A stretch of DNA of 64,000 nucleotides from an uncultured Verrucomicrobiota bacterium (lineage in GTDB: Bacteria > Verrucomicrobiota > Verrucomicrobiia > Limisphaerales > UBA8199). Shown here piece after piece: positions 8,537-15,239 of this stretch (its first letter is position 1; every line of letters starts with the position of its first letter). The DNA lies in contig CAYUVH010000017.1 in NCBI GenBank assembly GCA_964448135.1, positions 10,094-74,093 on the forward strand, read 5' to 3'. Below the pieces are notes generated by a model that was not told the DNA's origin, searched no databases, and saw nothing but the letters and a program-made list of their open reading frames with translations. The translations under genes and the position numbers were made by a program.

Positions 8537-8720
8537 TGTTTGTGGTGGGCGGTGTGACCCGGGGCGTCGCTCTCTGAATCGCTTTACCCCGGGCTATCAT
8601 ATTTCGTCCCTTCAGGACTCCGGTCAGGCTCCCACCACCGCCTACCCTTTCGGGCCGCTAGGGAATTCCCTGGTCTCCATCCGCTTTTCTGGCCCTCGCT
8701 CTGCTGGTTTTTGGCCAGTT

Positions 8721-9155
8721 ATGAAGCCACAACCCACTCCCTCCCGCCATATTTTGCTCGTGGATGACGATCTTTTCGTTCGCGAGACCGTCGCCATGCT
8801 GCTGAAATTCGATGGTCACCGCGTTTCGACTGCTCCCAGCGCCCATGCGGCGCTCGCTGTATTCGTTCCTGGCATGTTTGACCTCGTTCTCACCGATCAT
8901 TTCATGCCGTTCATGAGCGGCGCCCGGTTCGCCGACGCCATCAAAGCCCTCGCCCCGGCGCAGCCCATCGTGATGCTCACCGCCTTTCCCGAGAAACTCG
9001 AAATGCCGGAACATCGGCCGGCGTCCGTGGATTTGTTGCTTGGGAAGCCGTTTCAGGTGGCGGATCTGCGGGCGGCGATCACGAAACTTTGTGGGAATGT
9101 CCGGGTCGCGCCCGCTACGGCCGCACCGCGTCCTTCCATTGCCCGGGCCGCGTAG
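8721..9155 (+). CDS. Stand-alone receiver-domain response regulator
   Basis: ILLVDDDLFVRE, phospho-acceptor LVLTDHFMPFMSG, MLTAF and Lys in LLLGKPF. ATG 8721 is chosen. The TTG 8487 extension is an artefact of reading through the hairpin. Confidence 0.8.
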   Translation: MKPQPTPSRHILLVDDDLFVRETVAMLLKFDGHRVSTAPSAHAALAVFVPGMFDLVLTDHFMPFMSGARFADAIKALAPAQPIVMLTAFPEKLEMPEHRPASVDLLLGKPFQVADLRAAITKLCGNVRVAPATAAPRPSIARAA

Positions 9156-9290
9156 CAGGGGGGGGAGTGGTTGAGGGTTGAGGGTTGAGCCGCCTCCGCC
9201 CGGCTTCGGCGTGGCGAGGCAGGTTGGGGAAGCATGTTTCGGGACGCTGTGTCCCAAAATTGGAATACATTCGGATGAGAGCTGGGAAGA

Positions 9291-9583
9291 GTTGAGGGTT
9301 GAAGGTTGAGAGTTGAGGGGCCGAAAGATTTTTCATGCCGAAGGCATGCCAGACGGTAGCCGGTCGGTCCCGACGAGTCTGCGAGGAGGGACCACCGGAT
9401 TAATGGGTTTGGTTCGATCTGCACCCGAAAAGGGTGCCACATTGAAGGCCTGCGCGGCCGCGGGGTTGTTTTCTGGCATCCCTTCAGGATGCAAACGTAA
9501 TCCAAACCGCTATCCGGTGGTCGTTTCTCGCCAAGCCTCGGAACGACACACCGGCTACTTTCTTTCAACCGTTCGGCTTGAGG
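9291..9583 (+). repeat. MITE-like palindromic element, copy 1, preceded by four GTTGAGG-type heptads
   Basis: Heptads occupy 9291-9318 and the core 9332-9577. The 5' arm GCCGAAGGCATGCCAGACGGTAGCCGGTCGGTC... pairs with the 3' arm ...GACACACCGGCTACTTTCTTTCAACCGTTCGGC. Internal hairpins are present. A homologous inverted copy lies at 10362-10657. Confidence 0.65.
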
Positions 9584-9715
9584 ATTAGATCAGGCAGACT
9601 TCCCTTCAAAAGCATTTTTCTGTCGCAAAATCTTTCTGCCAAATTGCCCGGTCTGTTCCTTGATATTTTTGCCCCCATCTTTTTGCCAGACGCTCTCGTC
9701 TTCGGATGTTCCTTT

Positions 9716-10231
9716 TCACCCATGCTCCGCCGCGAACTGGTCCGCAAAACGCTCCCGCGCCTCACGCGTAAAACCCGTCGCGTCCACATGATGCCCGATT
9801 TCATGCATGAGGACGTGGCGAAGGTAATACCGATGCAGCGAGTTCAGTTCGGCACGGCCAAAGGGATAAGCATGCAGGAACACGCAACGATTCCAGTAGT
9901 GTCCGTAAAAGGCCACGCCCGGCCGGTGACTTTTCAGTTGCTTCCGGGTGCCGGAAAGAATGAAAACCGCGCGCAGTCCCTTTAAAAAATCCGGCGGACA
10001 GCTTCGCAGTTGCCGCTCCACGTCCACAGCGCTGCACGGTCGGATGAAGCCGTCCAATGCCTTCAGTTCGATGACCTTGGGGAACGGTGGAATTTTGGCA
10101 ATGAGCCCGTCGAAGCGCTTGAATACCGCCTGGATCTCCAGCCACCAGGGTTCGTAGGCAGCCCAGTTGGTGAACCGATCTTCCGAATATCGGTTCGAGC
10201 GGGGACCTGATCCTTGATGGTGCGCACTCAT
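9716..10231 (-). CDS. Small HExxH zinc-metallopeptidase-like protein
   Basis: The C-terminal region contains RHVLMHEIGHHVD (HExxH plus a downstream His). Start ATG 10231 (MSAHHQ) or upstream 10288. I do not recognise the family further. Confidence 0.6.
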   Translation of the reverse strand: MSAHHQGSGPRSNRYSEDRFTNWAAYEPWWLEIQAVFKRFDGLIAKIPPFPKVIELKALDGFIRPCSAVDVERQLRSCPPDFLKGLRAVFILSGTRKQLKSHRPGVAFYGHYWNRCVFLHAYPFGRAELNSLHRYYLRHVLMHEIGHHVDATGFTREARERFADQFAAEHG

Positions 10232-10361
10232 CCAGCGCCGGCTGGCAGCCAGCCGCGATACGATAGGCGCTGGAAAAGGAGCGGGCAAGAGGGGAAGGCT
10301 GAAAGACAGGGTGTGAGTGAGCGAGTCAGTGAGTAAATGAGTTGGCGGAGGGCGGGGAGAA

Positions 10362-10657
10362 GATGAGGGTTCAGAGTTGAGGGGCAGACAGGGCGCGGAT
10401 GCGTTTCATGCCGAAGGCATGACAGACAGTAGCCGGTCGGTCGTTCCGAGGCTGTGCGAGGAGCGACCACCGGATATCGAGTCAAAATCGAAATGCATCC
10501 GAAAAGGATGCCACAAACGCCCCCCGTGTCCTGAGGTTGCGGAGAAGTGGCATCCTTTTCGGATGCATGGAAATCTGAATCCATTCTCCGGTGGTCCCTC
10601 CTCGCGGACTCGTCGGGACCGACCGGCTACTCTCTTTCAACCCTTCGCGTTGAGAGT
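10362..10657 (-). repeat. MITE-like palindromic element, copy 2, inverted relative to copy 1
   Basis: Core 10405-10649. Its 3' arm TCCGGTGGTCCCTCCTCGCGGACTCGTCGGGACCGACCGGCTAC is the reverse complement of the copy 1 5' arm, and its 5' arm matches the reverse complement of the copy 1 3' arm. Internal perfect hairpin GCATCCGAAAAGGATGCCAC...GTGGCATCCTTTTCGGATGC. Confidence 0.65.
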
Positions 10658-10735
10658 TGCAAATTGCAAGGTCGTGACGGCCCAAAAATTCAGCGAGCCC
10701 CGGAGGCGGATGGCGAAATCCCTCCTGCGCGTGCT

Positions 10736-10906
10736 GAATGTAACCGATACGACCGCTTTGTAACCGATGTGTAACCGCAAATGTAACCGATAAAACATGC
10801 ATTTCACCCAATGTTTATGCGGTTTGTAACCGTGTAACCGATAGATTGGGGGGGGTATACCCCCGGACCTCATCATAATCCTAATCTTAATCCTAATCCG
10901 CCCCTC
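10736..10906 (-). repeat. Dispersed GGTTACA-array element, copy 1 (array + G/C palindrome + GGATTAGGATTAAGATTAGG tail)
   Basis: Six TGTAACC heptamers around a core (...AAACCGCATAAACATTGGGTGAAATGCATG... on the reverse strand). GGGGGGGGTATACCCCC lies at 10848-10865, followed by AATCCTAATCTTAATCCTAATCC. By eye it is near-identical to 22054-22190. Confidence 0.7.
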
Positions 10907-10983
10907 CTTTCGCCCTCCCTCCCAGTGTCGTCCCTCCGGAAATCGGCTTTGACCGGTCCGTCAGCCGCGCTTAGCTTGCCCTG

Positions 10984-11844
10984 ATGTCGAAGGAAAATGT
11001 CAGCGTCTTTGCCTCGCCCATGGCGCGGCTGGTGATGCTGGCGGCCAAACCGCAGTCGCTGATGCGGCTGGCGGGGCACAAATTTTTCCTCGGCCTCCTG
11101 ACCCTGCGCGGTCTGACGGCCTTCGGACTGATCACGTTGGGCGTGATGGTGACGAAGGTGGGCGTCGCTCGCCGGCTCATCTGGCCGCTGGCGGTGCGTG
11201 AAACGGCGCGCTCGGGCCTGCGATTGCTGCCGATGTTTCTGTTCGTCGCGGCGGCGCTGGGCTTGCTCGTGATTGGACAGACGGTCTCCTGGCTTTCGCG
11301 GCTGGGAGCGATCGAATGGCTCGGCACAATCATGGTCGTAGCCGTCGTCCGCGAACTCGGACCGCTGACTGCGGCACTTCTGGTCCTGGCCCGCGTCGGT
11401 ACCGCACATGTCATCGAACTCGGCACCGCCCGCGCCACCGGCAACGTCGAAGCGCTGGAAGCCGTGGGAGTGGACCCGGTCCATTACCTGGTCGCCCCAC
11501 GCGTTGTGGGCATGACGCTGGGAGTTTTTGCCCTGACCGTTTACATGATTTTGGGTGCAATCATCAGCGGCTATGTCTGGGCTTATATCCAGGATGTCCC
11601 GCTCCGGCCGGATGCTTATTTTCGCCAGCTCGCCGGCGCGCTGCGGGGACTCGATTTCGCGTTGCTCGCGCTGAAAGCCGGCGCGTTCGGTTTCATCATC
11701 CCGCTGGTCACTTCGTATCATGGGCTGGCCCAGCCGTTGCGCCTCGACGATGTTTCACGCGCCACCGTCCGCGCCGTGGCGCAATGTGTCATCGCCTGCG
11801 TGCTCGTGGACGCCATTTTCATCGTGGTGTATCTGACCGTATGA
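10984..11844 (+). CDS. mlaE: Mla/Ttg2-type ABC transporter permease (MlaE family)
   Basis: Multi-TM protein containing IMVVAVVRELGPLTAALLVLARVGTAHVIELGTARATGNVEALEAVGVDPVHYLVAPRV, which is typical of MlaE/YrbE permeases. Confidence 0.85.
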   Translation: MSKENVSVFASPMARLVMLAAKPQSLMRLAGHKFFLGLLTLRGLTAFGLITLGVMVTKVGVARRLIWPLAVRETARSGLRLLPMFLFVAAALGLLVIGQTVSWLSRLGAIEWLGTIMVVAVVRELGPLTAALLVLARVGTAHVIELGTARATGNVEALEAVGVDPVHYLVAPRVVGMTLGVFALTVYMILGAIISGYVWAYIQDVPLRPDAYFRQLAGALRGLDFALLALKAGAFGFIIPLVTSYHGLAQPLRLDDVSRATVRAVAQCVIACVLVDAIFIVVYLTV

Positions 11845-12635
11845 GCTCCGCGGACACCACAAGCACCGCCACGCCGGCCATGGAAATGCAGGGGGTTTCG
11901 CTGGGCACATTCCATGATCCCACGGTGGAGGTGGCGCGCGATGTGAACTGGAGCGTGCAGCCGGGCGATTACTGGGTGATCGGCGGATTGCACGGCTCGG
12001 GCAAAAGCGATTTCCTGATGCTGGCGGCGGGTTTGATGTCGCCGACGGGCGGCGATTACCGGTTGTTCGGCGAGACGATGCCGATCTATGACGAGGATCG
12101 ACTTGCTCAACGATTGCGCGTGGCCCTGGTGTTCGACGGCGGGCATTTGTTCAATCAACTGAGTGTGGCGGAAAACATCGCGCTGCCGCTGCGTTATCGC
12201 GACAACCTCTCCATGGAATCCGCGCAGGCGCAATTACTGCCGCTGCTCGAATCGCTCGACCTCACCCGCTGGGCGGATTCACTGCCGACTTCGCTCGGCC
12301 ACGGTATGCAAAAACGGGTCTTGCTGGCGCGGTCGTTGATCCTGCGCCCCGACGTCCTGCTGCTGGACACGCCGATGTCCGGCCTGGATCTGCGGCAGGC
12401 GAATTGGTGGCTGGATTTTCTGGACCGGTTGTCGCAGGGAAAAACCACGCTGACCGACAAGCCGATGACACTGGTGGTCACGGTGTCGGATTTCCGTCCG
12501 TGGCGCGGGCACGCCCGGCAATTTGCGGTGCTGGAAGGCCAAAAATTCCTGGTGCTCGGCGACTGGGAAAAACTGAGTTCGGCGGGCAGCGACTCGGTCC
12601 GCGAATTGACCGCCGCGGAGTTGAGCACGAGTTGA
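11841..12635 (+). CDS. mlaF: Mla-type ABC ATP-binding subunit with degenerate catalytic motifs
   Basis: ATGA overlap with mlaE. Walker A GLHGSGKS is intact. The Q-loop reads VFDGG, the signature LGHGMQKR, Walker B LLLLDTPMSGLD and the H-loop position TVSD. Confidence 0.8.
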   Translation: MSSADTTSTATPAMEMQGVSLGTFHDPTVEVARDVNWSVQPGDYWVIGGLHGSGKSDFLMLAAGLMSPTGGDYRLFGETMPIYDEDRLAQRLRVALVFDGGHLFNQLSVAENIALPLRYRDNLSMESAQAQLLPLLESLDLTRWADSLPTSLGHGMQKRVLLARSLILRPDVLLLDTPMSGLDLRQANWWLDFLDRLSQGKTTLTDKPMTLVVTVSDFRPWRGHARQFAVLEGQKFLVLGDWEKLSSAGSDSVRELTAAELSTS

Positions 12636-12644
12636 TTTTTAATT

Positions 12645-13937
12645 ATGGCCCTACAGGATCTCACACCGCAATTGCGCACCCGGCTCAGCCGCATGGAACG
12701 GGCCGTGGGCTGGTTCATTTTGCTGGCGACGCTGGTGCTGATTTCGGGTTTCGCCTATTACGTCTATCACACCGCGAAACGCAAAGGCTGGCTGATCCCG
12801 AAGGCTTCCTACTTCATTTTCACGGACACGGCGGCGGGCTTGAAGGTGGGCGATCCGGTGACGCTGATGGGCCGGCCGGTGGGCATCATCACCGAGATCG
12901 AGCTGATGCCCGCGGACCAATTCGATTACAACGTCTATGTGGCCTTCCAGCTCAACAAGCCGAATTACGGTTTCATGTGGTCGGAGGGTTCGCGTGGGAA
13001 AGTGACCTCAAGCCTGCTGGAGCAGCGCGTGCTCGAAGTAAGCAAGGGAACGGGCGGCTACCCGACGTATCTTCCCTATTCCTTGAAGGAAGTGACGTTG
13101 GAAGAGGCGCGCGACCTGGCGTCCAACGAAAACTGGGTGCTCGCCCAGGAGGTGTATGGCAACAGCGAAACGAATCTCGTGGCGCGACCGCTTGATATGC
13201 TCACCAACCTCACCGCCATCGCGGCCACGGGCCGCAAGCAATTGGTGGTGCTGAACCGGGGCGACGAACATAATTCCGTCACGGCGATTTGGAACGGCAA
13301 GCAGGGGCGCTACGAGACCATCACAAGTACGACCAAGCCTTACTGGCTGCAGGTGGATGAATCGGTTCCGATCAGCGAGCGGCTGGATAAATTGGTGGTG
13401 AGCGTGCAGCAGTCCATGCCCGGGGTGTTTGCGCTGACGAACCAGATTTCGCTGGTCCTGTCAAACAGCGCGAATCTCACTTCGAACCTGAATTTCGTGG
13501 CGGTTTCCGCGCAACCATTGATGGCGAATCTGGCCGTGGCCACCACGAACCTGAATCATCCGGGGTCAATCGGCGAACTGCTGATTCCCACGAACATCAA
13601 TCAGAAGCTGGAAGCCACCCTCGGCTCCGCCGATGCAGCGTTGACCAATGTAAACGCCACGCTCACGACCGCGAACACCAACCTGGCGATGCTGGCGGAG
13701 CAATTGGGCCGGTCGCTGGAAAGCCTGGCCGGCATGACGAGCAATTTGAATGCGCAGGTGCAGGCGAACACCAACATGCTTTCGACCATCTCCAAGGCCA
13801 TTGTGGACGCGGATGATTTCGTTCAGGGATTGAAGAAGCACTGGCTGTTGCGCTCGGCGTTTAAGACCCAAAATACAAACGCGCCGGCTGCTACGCCGGC
13901 GCGTCCGTTGCGGTCGCCCAAAGACGAAGGCCGTTAG
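12645..13937 (+). CDS. mlaD: MCE/MlaD-family substrate-binding protein with long C-terminal helical extension
   Basis: N-terminal TM segment, then an MCE domain ([31 protein letters not shown]). The C-terminal part has Asn/Leu-rich coiled-coil-like repeats. Third gene of the operon. Confidence 0.75.
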   Translation: MALQDLTPQLRTRLSRMERAVGWFILLATLVLISGFAYYVYHTAKRKGWLIPKASYFIFTDTAAGLKVGDPVTLMGRPVGIITEIELMPADQFDYNVYVAFQLNKPNYGFMWSEGSRGKVTSSLLEQRVLEVSKGTGGYPTYLPYSLKEVTLEEARDLASNENWVLAQEVYGNSETNLVARPLDMLTNLTAIAATGRKQLVVLNRGDEHNSVTAIWNGKQGRYETITSTTKPYWLQVDESVPISERLDKLVVSVQQSMPGVFALTNQISLVLSNSANLTSNLNFVAVSAQPLMANLAVATTNLNHPGSIGELLIPTNINQKLEATLGSADAALTNVNATLTTANTNLAMLAEQLGRSLESLAGMTSNLNAQVQANTNMLSTISKAIVDADDFVQGLKKHWLLRSAFKTQNTNAPAATPARPLRSPKDEGR

Positions 13938-15142
13938 TAAACCGGGTCGCTGCCGTCCAGCATCTTCACCTTGTTGTGGGTGAAGTATTCCTTGGTGAGG
14001 GCTTTCACCATCTTTTCGCGCTGATCATAGAGGCGGCGCAGCTTGCGCGGCTTGTGGCGCGCGAGCGCGTATTGGGTGAAGAGCGGCATCGCGATGGTCG
14101 AATCGGTGTAGCACACCACGGCGTCGGGCAGGCGATCCGGGTCCACCTTGCCCCAGCTCACGGCTTCGCCCGGCGTGGCGCCGGAGAGACCGCCGGTGTC
14201 GGGGCGGGCGTCGGTGACCTGGAGGAAGAAATCCTGGCCGTATTCCTTGATGCGCAGGACTTCCTGAATCTGCGGCTCGGTCTGCAGCATGAAATTTTTC
14301 GGACTGCCGCCGCCCCAGAGGACGACGCCGCTCTTGCCGCCGGAACGCTTCGCCGCGAGGACGAAGGCGGTGGTTTCGTTCACGTCAATCGAGGGATTCA
14401 TGCGCAGCTTGTTGCCGCGGAGTTCCACGCCGGCGACGTTCATGCCGATGGTGGAATCACCCGGTGACGACGTGTAGCACGGCACGCCGGCGCGATAGGC
14501 GGCGGCGAGCACGGAGACGTCCTTGAGGCCGGCCTTGCGTTCCCATTCGGCGCAATACTTGCCGATGAGATAATGCAATTCGGCCGTGCCCATTTCCTTT
14601 TGGAATTCGGGCTGGACGATGATGTTGCGCAGGATTTCGTCCGTGGCCATCAGGCAATCGCTGTAGCCCATGAGCACGTCGTAGACGCGCACGATGTCGT
14701 TGTTGCGCAGGTCGGTGTCGTCGAATTTGAAATTGCCCACGCGCACCGGGTAGTTCAGCGCGAAGTGCATGTCGTGGTAGAGGTTCGCGCCCGTGGAGAC
14801 GATCCAATCCACAAAGCCGGCCTTGATCAGCGGCACGATGCTCGAGCAACCGAGGCCGGCCGGAGTCAGCGCGCCGGAAATGGTCATGCCGATGGTGACG
14901 TCAGCACCGAGCATGCGTTCGGTGAAAAGCTGGCAGCCTTCCTTTAGGCGCGCGCTGTTGTAGGCGAGGAAGCATTCGTCAATGAGATCGGCGAGCTTCT
15001 CCTTGCCGGTGATGTTTTTCGGCATGATGCGCTTGCCGGACATATACTTGTCCCGGTTCGGGCATTGCTTCTTCTTCAGCCAATCCGGCATGTCGTGGAT
15101 GGCTTCGCGATTACGAATGTGTTTTTTAACGATCTGGGCCAT
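13934..15142 (-). CDS. Deoxyhypusine synthase-like (homospermidine synthase-type) protein
   Basis: [41 protein letters not shown] and [15 protein letters not shown] are characteristic of the bacterial DHS-like family. Confidence 0.8.
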   Translation of the reverse strand: MAQIVKKHIRNREAIHDMPDWLKKKQCPNRDKYMSGKRIMPKNITGKEKLADLIDECFLAYNSARLKEGCQLFTERMLGADVTIGMTISGALTPAGLGCSSIVPLIKAGFVDWIVSTGANLYHDMHFALNYPVRVGNFKFDDTDLRNNDIVRVYDVLMGYSDCLMATDEILRNIIVQPEFQKEMGTAELHYLIGKYCAEWERKAGLKDVSVLAAAYRAGVPCYTSSPGDSTIGMNVAGVELRGNKLRMNPSIDVNETTAFVLAAKRSGGKSGVVLWGGGSPKNFMLQTEPQIQEVLRIKEYGQDFFLQVTDARPDTGGLSGATPGEAVSWGKVDPDRLPDAVVCYTDSTIAMPLFTQYALARHKPRKLRRLYDQREKMVKALTKEYFTHNKVKMLDGSDPVY

Positions 15143-15239
15143 AAATCTGGTTTAGTGAATCATTTTCGGCCCGCTTACGATACGAAAGTCGGGCGAAAAC
15201 GGAAGCTTCAAAATTGTTTCGGAAGCGAGCGTTGCCGAA

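Noticed and set aside
8487-8720. N-terminal 78-aa extension of the response regulator (ORF-track start TTG 8487).
   Set aside because: The extension starts inside the 27-bp hairpin and mirrors a minus-strand pseudo-ORF. The receiver fold begins right after ATG 8721.
9053-10811. ORFs reading through the repeat elements (9053-9568, 9313-9588, 10228-10584, 10377-10763, 10482-10811, 10637-10876, and also 21970-22554 and 47910-48293).
   Set aside because: Their similarity to each other (for example YRLHGYKPHKHWVKCMFYRLHLRLHIGYK, STLNPQ) comes from translating dispersed DNA repeats in arbitrary frames. There are no starts with SD, no domains, and both strands give ORFs.
9158-10906. CRISPR array, considered because of the many repeats in this region.
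   Set aside because: The repeats are of several unrelated families, not evenly spaced and not separated by unique spacers of constant length. No cas genes are in the window.
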